A DNA stretch of 64,000 bases, taken from IMG/VR virus record IMGVR_UViG_3300020371_000002; one strand, 5' to 3'. This DNA comes from a virus (lineage: Duplodnaviria; Caudoviricetes). A model generated the notes under the pieces. That model did no database searches, was not told where the DNA came from, and saw only the letters and a list, made by a program, of their open reading frames with translations. A program made the position numbers and the translations under genes. Position 1 is the first letter of the stretch. Each line of letters opens with the position of its first letter. Below are positions 19,352-28,653 of this stretch, piece after piece.

Positions 19352-19543
19352 TCAGATCAGTGTAGCGTGCTTGTCGTTAATCTTGCCACGATTCGTGTTA
19401 GTCCTGATGCCCTTAGTTTGTGTAAGCACGAGCATAGACTTCCGAGGTTTTGCTGCTTTCAGCACGGTGTACTTAACTTTACCCTGAGCATCAGCAATTG
19501 CCAAGTCAAGTTTAGAAGAGGTTGCGAGAGTGGTGAGATCCAT
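19352..19543 (-). CDS. Small basic hypothetical protein
   Basis: ORF track; pyrimidine-rich leader. Confidence 0.65.
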   Translation of the reverse strand: MDLTTLATSSKLDLAIADAQGKVKYTVLKAAKPRKSMLVLTQTKGIRTNTNRGKINDKHATLI

Positions 19544-19589
19544 GATGAAAAAAGTGAGTTCAGAGAGTGTTAACGAAAGGGAGGCAATC

Positions 19590-19913
19590 TTAGTTCAGAC
19601 GCATACCACTAAAGAAAGGAATTGAAGTGCCATCCTGAAGACGAACGTTCCAAACATATGCCTTCTGATATACACGTTCACCTGGCAGACCATTATACTC
19701 AAGGATCGCATTTAGACGACTCTTAGTTGTATTGGACTGCCACCCACCATCATACAATTCGATGAATCCCTCACCGATTGTAGCAATGTGGTTTCCGTGG
19801 AGATATACACGAGAGACCTCAGACTGCTCATCGAAAGTAACAGCGGTATTGGCAGACTGCCAGTTGATGCTGTTAGCGATTGCAGTGTTCATTTGTTGCT
19901 CGATCTTTCTCAT
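19590..19913 (-). CDS. Hypothetical early protein (MRKIEQQMN...TTKSRLNAIL type)
   Basis: ORF track; TATAAT and palindromic box upstream. Confidence 0.8.
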   Translation of the reverse strand: MRKIEQQMNTAIANSINWQSANTAVTFDEQSEVSRVYLHGNHIATIGEGFIELYDGGWQSNTTKSRLNAILEYNGLPGERVYQKAYVWNVRLQDGTSIPFFSGMRLN

Positions 19914-20053
19914 GATTGTCCTTTGTTTGTTGTTATCCTAATTATAGGGCATGAGAGGACCTCTGGCGGGTAATAGTGGACACCTTAGAGATTGGCACAT
20001 AACTGCTCTGAATTCTCTAAGCATTCGATGGTTTTCTGAAACTCCACAGAGTC

Positions 20054-20082
20054 ATTATACATTGCCCCACTAAGTATGGCAA
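20054..20082 (-). promoter_or_regulatory. Sigma70-type promoter TTGCCA-17-TATAAT
   Basis: near-consensus hexamers with 17-nt spacer. Confidence 0.65.
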
Positions 20083-20138
20083 ACCTCTGAGGCACTTCGA
20101 GACATTTAGAGTCCTTATATGTGGTTTTGGGAATGTGC

Positions 20139-20167
20139 TTGACTTTTCAGAGATTTCATGGTAGACT
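20139..20167 (+). promoter_or_regulatory. Sigma70-type promoter TTGACT-17-TAGACT with extended TG, facing antisense to the early genes
   Basis: near-consensus hexamers; no ORF downstream on plus strand. Confidence 0.6.
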
Positions 20168-20329
20168 GAACGCCAAGATGACTATAAAATCTCCCCTTTA
20201 TTATAAGAACTCACGAAAGAGATAGAGCACGCAACTATGTTTTTTTAACCATTTATTTAATAGCATAAAAAATACTGCCCAGTAACTGAGCAGCATATTC
20301 TGAGATACTTCCGAGGGTATTTGAGCACC

Positions 20330-20515
20330 TCAGAGCACTCCTGATTTCTCCTCTTGAATGATGCTTACTGTATCTCTTAGAATGAGCAAGTTCTCATACA
20401 TAATGCCCTTATCAGGATTGCTCACAGTAGTGTACGGTTTGAGTGCTTGAAGCGTGAGCATTTTAATTAGAGTGAGTTGCTCATCAGTGAAATTAGTTTG
20501 GTATGTTCTAGGCAT
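20330..20515 (-). CDS. Small hypothetical early protein
   Basis: ORF track; overlaps upstream ORF end. Confidence 0.6.
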   Translation of the reverse strand: MPRTYQTNFTDEQLTLIKMLTLQALKPYTTVSNPDKGIMYENLLILRDTVSIIQEEKSGVL

Positions 20516-20687
20516 TGAATTGTCCTAGGTTTTCAACATAAACGCTCTTCACTCTCTCCTTATCTCTCAGTTCTAAAAGTTCTTTCCAATTCCATTCACT
20601 CGGACGCACACAGTTTGTATCATCTACTGTGAAATCTAGAGTAACACGATAGCGGGTGAATGTACGCTTTTTCGTTTTGAGAGACAT
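20508..20687 (-). CDS. Small hypothetical protein (59 aa)
   Basis: hand-translated MSLKTKKRTFTRYRVTLDF...WNWKELL. Confidence 0.6.
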   Translation of the reverse strand: MSLKTKKRTFTRYRVTLDFTVDDTNCVRPSEWNWKELLELRDKERVKSVYVENLGQFNA

Positions 20688-20968
20688 GAGCAGAATAGCG
20701 ATGGGTTAGTGATACACTATTTTAGTGTTTATTGGTCTTATTGTCAATGGCATAACCATAGTAAATTAGCACTTCCTTATATAGATCCTCACTATATTTG
20801 TACATCCGTTCGGCGTAGTTGTTGTGCTTCTGGTGGTTCGAAGTTGCAATGGTGTTGCTCATAATAAATCAGAGTTTCTTGAAGTGTTAAAATTTTGGGC
20901 GCGGCGTCAGTCTCACAAACAATGTAAGATCTTTCACGAGTGTGTACATCTGAAGCAAGGCGAATCAT

Positions 20969-21262
20969 TTACTTAGAATACAATGTGCCAACGTTTGATT
21001 GTATAAAGTCCTTGGTATCTTGTACCGTGGGAAATGTTCTTAATCGGGTCATGATTTGAACGGTTTCGCCATCTTCCAACTTCTGAGGCGTGTACTTATA
21101 AAGAATAAATCCTTCGCCGTCGATGTTAGTAATGATTTGACCAAAGAGCAACCCATTAAAAAAGATCCACTCCTTATGCCACACTTTCTCGTCGGGATCC
21201 ATCTTGTAAGTGACATTGAACTCAGGGCGAGTTGTGCTTACTTGGGGATTGTAGATAACCAT
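20969..21262 (-). CDS. Hypothetical early protein
   Basis: ORF track, tandem arrangement. Confidence 0.65.
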   Translation of the reverse strand: MVIYNPQVSTTRPEFNVTYKMDPDEKVWHKEWIFFNGLLFGQIITNIDGEGFILYKYTPQKLEDGETVQIMTRLRTFPTVQDTKDFIQSNVGTLYSK

Positions 21263-21268
21263 AATGAA

Positions 21269-21481
21269 TTAAGCAGTGAGTTGATAGATTGTAGCGATTT
21301 TAGATTGAATAGACGAAACACGATCAGCAACAGGAATGCCACCAATTAATTCATCCTCTGGGGCATTAATATCATCATACTCAATATACTCATCCAGTGC
21401 GGCACTAATTGTATCCCACTCGGCATCTGTAAAGAGTTGTTTGTAGATTGCGGCGGAAGTTGCTTGAGAATCGAGAGACAT
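21269..21481 (-). CDS. Small acidic hypothetical protein
   Basis: ORF track, tandem arrangement. Confidence 0.7.
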   Translation of the reverse strand: MSLDSQATSAAIYKQLFTDAEWDTISAALDEYIEYDDINAPEDELIGGIPVADRVSSIQSKIATIYQLTA

Positions 21482-21517
21482 AATAAAGTGAAGTAAGTGT
21501 GAACGAAAAAAGGACGA

Positions 21518-21670
21518 TTAGGAAACTTTGATGATGCGATAGCAGTGAGTATCGCTCCACATTTGATTGTAAGTTGCCATCAAGTTCAGGCATTTCATCA
21601 AGTTCATCGGTTGATAAACTGTGTTTTCCCAGTTGCTAACTTTGTGAAATTTGATCTGAAGTTGATACAT
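21518..21670 (-). CDS. Small hypothetical protein (likely start MYQLQI)
   Basis: downstream of boxed promoter at 21736. Confidence 0.55.
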   Translation of the reverse strand: MYQLQIKFHKVSNWENTVYQPMNLMKCLNLMATYNQMWSDTHCYRIIKVS

Positions 21671-21772
21671 TTGAAAAGTGCGATTCGTTTGATTAATACT
21701 AGTATTGCAGATCTGGCACGGTTTGGCGGATTTAGTGGACACCTTGACGATTGTCCACCTTGATTTCTCTGC

Positions 21773-22102
21773 TCAACTCTTGTACACTTTCAAAAGTTCA
21801 AGCACACAATAGTAAGCATCATTGAACGAATCGAAAGAATCAACGCCAGATGTTACACTAGTAAATTCAGCACCACTCTCATGATATGTGATGGAATGCT
21901 TACGGCAAACAGTGAATTGATCGACCCATTTAGTATCACTCTCATCACGAATAGCGGTGTGATTGATGTGAATGTTAGGATTCACTTTCGAGCGATAAAT
22001 GGAGCGAGTGTTCAGATGATTTGCTGTGAATTCATCACCATAATAGTTTTCAAATTTGATGCCTTGAGAGAATTGAGAAGCGATAACGTTTGTTTTGTTC
22101 AT
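21773..22102 (-). CDS. Hypothetical early protein (likely start MNKTNV)
   Basis: ORF track, start adjusted. Confidence 0.6.
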   Translation of the reverse strand: MNKTNVIASQFSQGIKFENYYGDEFTANHLNTRSIYRSKVNPNIHINHTAIRDESDTKWVDQFTVCRKHSITYHESGAEFTSVTSGVDSFDSFNDAYYCVLELLKVYKS

Positions 22103-22175
22103 ATAGGTATGATTGCACAAAAATTACCGCTTTGGCACTTTCCACAGACACTAGTCCCGCTGGCACACTACATGT

Positions 22176-22421
22176 TCATGCGGTTACATTGTTAGTTTGT
22201 TCGAGCAATCGTTCCCACTCTTTAACATCTCCACAATAATGGTTAATTACTTCTTCCTCTAGTTCGAGATCATTACACTTTGTGTAATAATCGTAGAGTT
22301 GGTCATAAGCAATCTGGAGCAATGTGTCCATGTCCATGTTATCCACGATTTCATTGGCAAACTTATCACAGATTGCTTCAAATTGCGGATAAGGTAGGCG
22401 ATGTGCGGCAGATTCAGTCAT
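22176..22421 (-). CDS. Acidic hypothetical protein (likely start MTESAA)
   Basis: ORF track, start adjusted. Confidence 0.65.
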   Translation of the reverse strand: MTESAAHRLPYPQFEAICDKFANEIVDNMDMDTLLQIAYDQLYDYYTKCNDLELEEEVINHYCGDVKEWERLLEQTNNVTA

Positions 22422-22734
22422 CGGAGCAAGTTTCGAGTTTGGCGTAGATTGAGTCAATTTCGGGAGGCAATTTGTTCTCGGGAACATCAGTTAAGGCACT
22501 ATCCAAATAATAAAGAATCGTGCTAACTTCGCCTTCCGTGAATGTAATTACATGTTCACGGTTAAGTTCATCTTCCGTGGGCAATCCGTCATCAATAAAT
22601 TCTAACCCTTCGGATTCAGATTCATACCAAAATTTATCCCACTCTTTTGGATCGTTTGTAACATCCTCGGTCATTGGTTTGTAGCAAGTGAGTTTTTTAA
22701 GTTGGTCTTTTAAGTCAGAAAAAATGTCATCCAT
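22414..22734 (-). CDS. Acidic hypothetical protein
   Basis: ORF track; TGATG coupling. Confidence 0.6.
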   Translation of the reverse strand: MDDIFSDLKDQLKKLTCYKPMTEDVTNDPKEWDKFWYESESEGLEFIDDGLPTEDELNREHVITFTEGEVSTILYYLDSALTDVPENKLPPEIDSIYAKLETCSDD

Positions 22735-22922
22735 CAGAAAGGATTGCTCCAGTTGTATGCTTGATAGTCAGTTACATCGCCTTCTTTGTTGAGCATGTCC
22801 ACGAAATTGTTCCATGCTTCACGTTTAGCGATCTTGTCGTATTTGAGTGACTTATCGGACATAACTGCCACTTTCCAGTTGTAACGAAACTGGTCGAGAA
22901 CTTGTGCTTTAGTGTGACGCAT
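22734..22922 (-). CDS. Small hypothetical protein (DKIAKREAW...W type)
   Basis: ORF track; boxed promoter at 22984. Confidence 0.75.
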   Translation of the reverse strand: MRHTKAQVLDQFRYNWKVAVMSDKSLKYDKIAKREAWNNFVDMLNKEGDVTDYQAYNWSNPF

Positions 22923-23019
22923 GTGAAGTGATTTGCTTAACTTTTAATATAATAACCCATAACCAGTGCAATGGGGAAAATAGTGGACAGCGCGTAAACT
23001 GTCACAGTGGGGATTGCCA

Positions 23020-23295
23020 TTAAATCATACATTGTTCAAGAATTGATAGACGAAGAGGCATAGCAGTGTAGGGCGATGTGTCCTCAATGTTGACTACTTC
23101 GCCGATTCTTTTACTGTTGATGGGAGCATGATACTGTTGTTTCTTGGTGTTATAGAATCCCCAGATACAACGAGATTCATCACCATTATTGTAATTAAAC
23201 CGACCATTATATACAGTCCAGATTGCAATAACATTAGTTTTTTGTTGAATGAACTCATAGTGATAACCCTCTGGCGGTTGATGATAAAATTCCAT
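23020..23295 (-). CDS. Hypothetical protein (CIWGFY type)
   Basis: ORF track. Confidence 0.7.
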   Translation of the reverse strand: MEFYHQPPEGYHYEFIQQKTNVIAIWTVYNGRFNYNNGDESRCIWGFYNTKKQQYHAPINSKRIGEVVNIEDTSPYTAMPLRLSILEQCMI

Positions 23296-23313
23296 ATAAG
23301 AATTTACATAGTA

Positions 23314-23730
23314 TTAACGAATGTAGAGATAACTGCCTGCCCAGTCAGCACGAGCAAGACATGTTTCTCTGCTGCTCTCATCGAGTAAATTATATCGCAC
23401 TCCGTTTACTTGTGGTTTAGACCATGATGCTGCTTTCCATACGTCACCATTGTTCTTATCAATGAAGCAATGTACACTTCTTTGATTGTAATCTTGGTGG
23501 ATTACTTTCAAGAACCGACGACCAACTTTAATATAAAATTTGTTCTCATGTTCGTCACTCTCTTGAATTTCTTTAATCTTTCGGATGTGATAAACTTCAT
23601 CATCTTGCTGACTAATAATGGCACGTTGATGCCATTTAATGCCATCTTGTTTTAGATCCTCTTGAAGCGCAACGCACAGTGCATTGGCATACTTAACGAT
23701 GAGATCTGTTTGAGAAAGTGTAGCGGTCAT
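23314..23730 (-). CDS. Hypothetical protein (VHCFIDK..GDVWKAASW type)
   Basis: ORF track. Confidence 0.8.
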   Translation of the reverse strand: MTATLSQTDLIVKYANALCVALQEDLKQDGIKWHQRAIISQQDDEVYHIRKIKEIQESDEHENKFYIKVGRRFLKVIHQDYNQRSVHCFIDKNNGDVWKAASWSKPQVNGVRYNLLDESSRETCLARADWAGSYLYIR

Positions 23731-23732
23731 GA

Positions 23733-23921
23733 TTATTTTGTGGGGAAGTTTTTGAGTACGGCGTCACATAGGTTTTTTTCTAATTCATATAGATCATCAT
23801 AACTTTCAAATCTGAATGAATCAATGATGCTACCAATGTCTTCCATGAGTTGTTCACGAGCAGTCAGCAGATCCAGATTAGTGTTCATTTTGGAATAGGT
23901 GAAAGTTGATATGAAAGACAT
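23733..23921 (-). CDS. Small hypothetical protein
   Basis: ORF track. Confidence 0.65.
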   Translation of the reverse strand: MSFISTFTYSKMNTNLDLLTAREQLMEDIGSIIDSFRFESYDDLYELEKNLCDAVLKNFPTK

Positions 23922-23924
23922 AAA

Positions 23925-24176
23925 TCAACAGGCACATGCCATTGCAGAGTTGAACAGTTGTGGAATCATAGATTCGTCGGTTACTTGATAACCATAACCA
24001 TGAGTACGAGAATCAAACTCATACTTAAAATCTTTTTTGTTGATGTAACGCTTGGATTGCGTTTTGCCCATGAAAGTGACAACCTTGAGCATCAAGCGAT
24101 TGTGAATCTGACCCGTGTGAAATTTGACGGGATAGAAATCAACAACCATGTTGCCGTCTTTAGAAGTGAGTTGCAT
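23925..24176 (-). CDS. Hypothetical early protein
   Basis: ORF track; boxed promoter at 24235. Confidence 0.75.
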   Translation of the reverse strand: MQLTSKDGNMVVDFYPVKFHTGQIHNRLMLKVVTFMGKTQSKRYINKKDFKYEFDSRTHGYGYQVTDESMIPQLFNSAMACAC

Positions 24177-24254
24177 GATGAAATCCCTTTGACTCTTTAA
24201 TAATACACCCTGGCGCGTCTCCTGGCGCCTCTGGTGGACTGTTTAGGAAGTGTC

Positions 24255-24464
24255 CTACACTCCCTTGACAGAACTACTAAGATATGTTTCCTTGGCAGCA
24301 CAGATGTTATCAAATAGATTGTCAAATGTTTGTGTGTCTAATCTATCATGATAGTAATTTGTGTTGTAAGCATGAATCATTAGATCATAGAGTGCTTGAT
24401 ACTGACTCTTTGAAACTTCGATGTTTAATCCTTTTTTGTTTGATCCGTAGATGCCTGAAGTCAT
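24255..24464 (-). CDS. Small hypothetical early protein
   Basis: ORF track; boxed promoter at 24526. Confidence 0.7.
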   Translation of the reverse strand: MTSGIYGSNKKGLNIEVSKSQYQALYDLMIHAYNTNYYHDRLDTQTFDNLFDNICAAKETYLSSSVKGV

Positions 24465-24533
24465 GTTTCTTATGTGTGTTGTTATTATTATAATAGGAAA
24501 TAATGAGACTAATTACAACTCACAGTGTACACT

Positions 24534-24803
24534 TTAGAAATTGGCATACTTTGGCAAACATAATTGTTTCTCGTTTGTATAGTGTTTATCAACCAAAGTT
24601 TTAACCTCTTTGTAAGCACCAACGATGGCATCCTTGCCATAATAGTCATGCTCGATCGTATCATATCCAGTGCATGATGATCCCCACTCTGTAACATCGC
24701 TATCAATGCGATTATATAATCCTTTCAAAGTGTATTCAATTAACCCTAACTCTCTTCGAGTTAATGTAATTGTAAATTCTCTGTTGTTTGATGTATCAAG
24801 CAT
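24534..24803 (-). CDS. Hypothetical protein
   Basis: ORF track; GGAGG RBS. Confidence 0.65.
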   Translation of the reverse strand: MLDTSNNREFTITLTRRELGLIEYTLKGLYNRIDSDVTEWGSSCTGYDTIEHDYYGKDAIVGAYKEVKTLVDKHYTNEKQLCLPKYANF

Positions 24804-24966
24804 TTAATTCCTCCATCATTGCATCAACTTCAGCAGCACAAAAACCACAGCGCCAACCCTCGATGTCATCAGCATAAACTGAATATCTGTTGACGAATCT
24901 GCCACTACCAAAATGACAAGGTTCGCCACAGTCTACACAAATTTGTGATTCAAATAAACTTTTCAT
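24796..24966 (-). CDS. Small CxxC...CxxC zinc-ribbon-like protein (56 aa)
   Basis: hand-translated MKSLFESQICVDCGEPCHFGSGRFVNRY...RCGFCAAE. Confidence 0.6.
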   Translation of the reverse strand: MKSLFESQICVDCGEPCHFGSGRFVNRYSVYADDIEGWRCGFCAAEVDAMMEELNA

Positions 24967-25190
24967 TAAACTGCTCCGTATAATGTGTTCATGATGTCTC
25001 TGACTCTTTCTCTATCTAATGAGTCACCATTGCCCCAGTTGTAGTAATCATCATCACGGTGGGCGATGTCATCAAGGTAATAAAGAATGGCGAAAGAGAT
25101 CTGCTCTTTGCTTCTGTTATTCTCAGGATAGATGCCTCCTTTACCGTAGAAACTGAAGACATAATCAATGAACTCTTGAAAGTTGTGCAT
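24966..25190 (-). CDS. Small hypothetical protein (GDSLDRERVRD type)
   Basis: ORF track; boxed promoter at 25250. Confidence 0.75.
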   Translation of the reverse strand: MHNFQEFIDYVFSFYGKGGIYPENNRSKEQISFAILYYLDDIAHRDDDYYNWGNGDSLDRERVRDIMNTLYGAV

Positions 25191-25267
25191 AATGTATGTG
25201 TGTCTATATGTTAATTGTATATGCTATGAGTAGCAAATAGGACAATAGTATGACGGTTTTTTGATTG

Positions 25268-25489
25268 TCACTCAGCATAATTCACTCCGTCAAATACTCT
25301 TAACTCTGTGGTATAGTTGACTAATTGCTCAAATCCATCTTCTGAGATTTTAATCTCTTTGAGCAACTCAGGCGAGGCACATTCGTTGAGATATGTGATA
25401 ATGTACTCAAGTTGTTCGAGTGCTTCAATGCTGAAACCGTGCTTTGCTTCGATCTCTGTAATGTCAGGAAATTCGTTAATCATTGGCAC
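25268..25489 (-). CDS. Small acidic hypothetical protein
   Basis: ORF track. Confidence 0.6.
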   Translation of the reverse strand: MPMINEFPDITEIEAKHGFSIEALEQLEYIITYLNECASPELLKEIKISEDGFEQLVNYTTELRVFDGVNYAE

Positions 25490-25638
25490 ATGTCCTCGAA
25501 CTGTTCTTTAGCGATAAAAGCACAATGCTCTTCGAGTGCTTCTTGTGTCATTAACTCGGCATAACCTGATTTAATCATGTTTGCCATTTCCTCTTCATAG
25601 AGGTCTTCTAGAATTGATTCATGATGTAAGGTGCTCAT
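25480..25638 (-). CDS. Small acidic protein (MSTLHHESILE type, 52 aa)
   Basis: hand-translated; GGAG RBS; boxed promoter at 25699. Confidence 0.7.
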   Translation of the reverse strand: MSTLHHESILEDLYEEEMANMIKSGYAELMTQEALEEHCAFIAKEQFEDMCQ

Positions 25639-25743
25639 GATTGCTCCGTGTTTGATATATTAATAATATCAAATATGGGCATCTATGTGTACAATAGTGT
25701 GCCACTTATCTGATTGGCACTATAATGCATTTTTTCGATAATT

Positions 25744-25905
25744 CTATTCGCCCTTAACTACCAGGCGTAGGTTAGTCACATCCCAGTCAGCATAATTGAA
25801 TAGAATCCAATTAACAGCATCCAATGCATTTGCTCTGTTTTCAATAGTGATGAATTTGTATTCATGTTCACTATTTTTCTTTTGTAGAATTGCTTTGAAA
25901 TTCAT
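25744..25905 (-). CDS. Small hypothetical protein (53 aa)
   Basis: hand-translated MNFKAILQKK... Confidence 0.5.
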   Translation of the reverse strand: MNFKAILQKKNSEHEYKFITIENRANALDAVNWILFNYADWDVTNLRLVVKGE

Positions 25906-26072
25906 CACCAGATCTCCGTAAAACGTTTGTGTGTTGTTTTAGTCATTCTGCCTTCATTGAGCATGTTGTCACACACTTTGCAGAAGACTTGAAACTTTTC
26001 TTCGCGAGTGAGAGTATCAGCATTCTCACAACTTTTCATGATGCGAAGCAGATATGCTTTGGAAGTAATCAT
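25905..26072 (-). CDS. Small hypothetical protein (55 aa)
   Basis: hand-translated MITSKAYLLRIMKSC...EKFQVFCKVCDNML. Confidence 0.65.
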   Translation of the reverse strand: MITSKAYLLRIMKSCENADTLTREEKFQVFCKVCDNMLNEGRMTKTTHKRFTEIW

Positions 26073-26266
26073 TTGAGTTGAATGTCGTAGTCAATAGATT
26101 TGATACACCAACCTGAAGCACATGTGATCTCCTCGATGAGATCATCTTCATCATCTGCTTCCCAACAACCTAGGGCAAGATCCCTTGCTTCGATCTCATC
26201 ATCAAAGGAAATTGTCCCTTGTGAATCTTCAAAGTCAAATTCTATTTCGGTTACATTGAATTGCAT
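26069..26266 (-). CDS. Small very acidic protein (GWCIKSIDY type)
   Basis: ORF track, start adjusted to MQFNV. Confidence 0.65.
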   Translation of the reverse strand: MQFNVTEIEFDFEDSQGTISFDDEIEARDLALGCWEADDEDDLIEEITCASGWCIKSIDYDIQLK

Positions 26267-26270
26267 AGGT

Positions 26271-26441
26271 TTAAGCGAGTTCGATAAGTCCTTGGGAAGC
26301 AAGAGCATTCAAAGTTCTGCCATAGTGACCCTGCAACCATTTCCAGGCGCCAGTATCATAAATGTCCTGAAACAGTTGAAGAAATTCTTCCTCTGTAATG
26401 TTATCTGATTCATACTTAAGAAGCAGATCGGTGTTAGGCAT
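26271..26441 (-). CDS. Small hypothetical protein (LQGHYGRT type)
   Basis: ORF track, start adjusted to MPNTD. Confidence 0.65.
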   Translation of the reverse strand: MPNTDLLLKYESDNITEEEFLQLFQDIYDTGAWKWLQGHYGRTLNALASQGLIELA

Positions 26442-26772
26442 GAACTGTTTGATTTCTTTGACTCTTATAGTATTGCACATGTTCCCCATCCTTGGTAGGT
26501 TCAGTGGACACTACAGGAACTGGCATAGGATCATCTTGACTGGCACGTTTTGTAACATATGTTAAATCTTTCCAGTCAGATGTGAAACAACATAGTAAGC
26601 AATGCACCATGCAATGCTTATCATTCTTTGCATATTCACAATGTGGTTTAGGTTTAACACCAATTTCAATGGTAATATAATCTTCACACTTAAAATACAC
26701 CCATCCTTTATGTACTAATCCCATTGGCGTATTCCATACGACGTAATCATTTACCTCGGGATCATAGGGCAT
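26434..26772 (-). CDS. Hypothetical protein (GWVYFKC..YITIEI type)
   Basis: ORF track. Confidence 0.75.
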   Translation of the reverse strand: MPYDPEVNDYVVWNTPMGLVHKGWVYFKCEDYITIEIGVKPKPHCEYAKNDKHCMVHCLLCCFTSDWKDLTYVTKRASQDDPMPVPVVSTEPTKDGEHVQYYKSQRNQTVHA

Positions 26773-27702
26773 TTACTTACTCCAGTTCTTAGTGGCGTTG
26801 AAGTTATTATAGGAGAAAATCTCCCTTTTTACCAATTTATATGTGCCATATTTGTTAGTCATGACATAACCCTCGTGTTGGCAGGGTTTCTCACCAATGT
26901 AACAGTCAACATCTTCATAATCTGTAACTCCATCCATGAGCAACTCTTTGATTTCGATGATAAGTTTATAGAGGTGGAAGAGATTAGCATCGAGTCCAGT
27001 CTCTTGAGAGAGTGCAGCAGGATCGATCTCTTTACCAGAGCGAATATACTTATTGATGACTGTTTTTACATGAGTGCCAATCTTTTGGTCGGGAAACTTA
27101 GTGAAACGAATAAGAACTCGTGCCATGCCAATGAGCAAACCGATCTTATTCTTTCTAGTCTTGATCTTTGCCTTAGTATCAAGAAATCGAACGGTGTCGG
27201 ACTCAATAACTGTGTCATCCTCATCGAATGACATAAACTTGGCATTCATAGTTTTCATAGTGTTGCCAAAATACTCGGTGTGAGCAGCAAACACAATGTC
27301 CTGAGTAGGAGCAAACAGAAACTTATATGTTATGGTGTTTGGTGTGTACTCATCGTAACCACCATAACCAATAAAATCACCCTGAAAAACACCCTCTTTG
27401 CGTGGTAGTTTATCCAGGCACATATGAAGTATGGAAGCAACAGCAGGTGTGGTGCCGTGGTTGTCTTCTATATCTCTGTGTGTGTAATTGATCTTTACTT
27501 TAACTTTATTGAATACACTCTTAGTTCCAACAAAAAACCTACCACATTCAGGGTTAATGCCCCATACAATAGCAGGTGCTCCATCATATTTGACTGTCAG
27601 TGTGCTGTTTCTATCACCAAACCACTTCAAAACCTCAATAGCACCAGTTTTGCCGTGATTAAGTATAGAATCCTCGGGGTGCTCAAGATGGGTGTTTTTC
27701 AT
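26773..27702 (-). CDS. ATP-dependent ligase/covalent nucleotidyltransferase-like protein (MKNTHLEHPED family)
   Basis: TVKYDG (motif I KxDG), FQGDF (III), EGYV (IV), YKLVK (V); boxed promoter at 27745. Confidence 0.6.
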   Translation of the reverse strand: MKNTHLEHPEDSILNHGKTGAIEVLKWFGDRNSTLTVKYDGAPAIVWGINPECGRFFVGTKSVFNKVKVKINYTHRDIEDNHGTTPAVASILHMCLDKLPRKEGVFQGDFIGYGGYDEYTPNTITYKFLFAPTQDIVFAAHTEYFGNTMKTMNAKFMSFDEDDTVIESDTVRFLDTKAKIKTRKNKIGLLIGMARVLIRFTKFPDQKIGTHVKTVINKYIRSGKEIDPAALSQETGLDANLFHLYKLIIEIKELLMDGVTDYEDVDCYIGEKPCQHEGYVMTNKYGTYKLVKREIFSYNNFNATKNWSK

Positions 27703-27810
27703 AGTTATATAATAAACTATGAAAACCCACAAATCAAGCGGTTTGTGACGGTTTTTATATAGTCACACCCCCTGGCGGGGCGGAATCGCGTTTTCTGGCG
27801 GTTTTTATAT

Positions 27811-27835
27811 AAAAAAAGACCCGCCGAGGCGGGTC
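27811..27835 (-). terminator. Intrinsic terminator
   Basis: GACCCGC-CTCG-GCGGGTC followed by T7. Confidence 0.85.
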
Positions 27836-28043
27836 AGGTGAGCGTCCTAGGTTTGTTGGGCATGTCCAGATATGCTTGATGAACTAATTCACCAAATTCT
27901 GTGCAGCATTTGCTCCACTTCTTTCTTAATATCTTACATTCTTCGGTGTTTCTAGTCTCTGGATTTGAAAATAACTCAAACCACTCGTACCATATTGCAG
28001 CACATTCATCTGACTTGACATTTAGATGCGGTTCCTTGTACAT
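27834..28043 (-). CDS. Small hypothetical protein
   Basis: ORF track. Confidence 0.65.
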   Translation of the reverse strand: MYKEPHLNVKSDECAAIWYEWFELFSNPETRNTEECKILRKKWSKCCTEFGELVHQAYLDMPNKPRTLT

Positions 28044-28254
28044 TCGGAACCTCAGTGAGTTGTGTGCTCTTGACTACATTACTATTTACACCATTCCAGT
28101 GCCTTATAACACCAGACACAATGAAAGTATTTGTTACCATGTATGATATGAATATAACAGTGCGAACTACCGCAACATGATTATCATACCGTGAAGTTCT
28201 TCGATCGCTAAAACTTCCAAGTGCGTATTTCCATACGCGCCATATATGTGTCAT
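28006..28254 (-). CDS. Small membrane-associated hypothetical protein (WKYALGSFSD type)
   Basis: ORF track; hydrophobic segment. Confidence 0.65.
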   Translation of the reverse strand: MTHIWRVWKYALGSFSDRRTSRYDNHVAVVRTVIFISYMVTNTFIVSGVIRHWNGVNSNVVKSTQLTEVPNVQGTASKCQVR

Positions 28255-28377
28255 CCGTGTGCATTTTTAAGTGTTGTGATTAAGTGCATATTGCCATGTA
28301 TGTACCCTGCCACAATAATGGCAATGGTTGTCAATATCACCACAACAAATGATATAACCAAACATGTAGGATTATCT

Positions 28378-28653
28378 TCATTCATATATCAATTTGGAAA
28401 ATGATATGCATAACAGAAATCCTAACATTACCACAACATCCCATGATTTAGTTCTTACAAAATATGGAATTGAAATGAGATCAGCAATAAAATGTGCGAT
28501 GACACCGAGTAATACATTAACATGCAATACGATGAAGTAGGCAACAATAACCATGATGCTGCCTACTATTCTCATTATAACGTCAATTCTTGTTTTTGTG
28601 AGCGTACTCAATGACAATTTTTTTGTGGTAACTATGCTTGTCGGAACATTCAT
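28378..28653 (-). CDS. Small membrane protein
   Basis: two to three hydrophobic helices. Confidence 0.6.
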   Translation of the reverse strand: MNVPTSIVTTKKLSLSTLTKTRIDVIMRIVGSIMVIVAYFIVLHVNVLLGVIAHFIADLISIPYFVRTKSWDVVVMLGFLLCISFSKLIYE

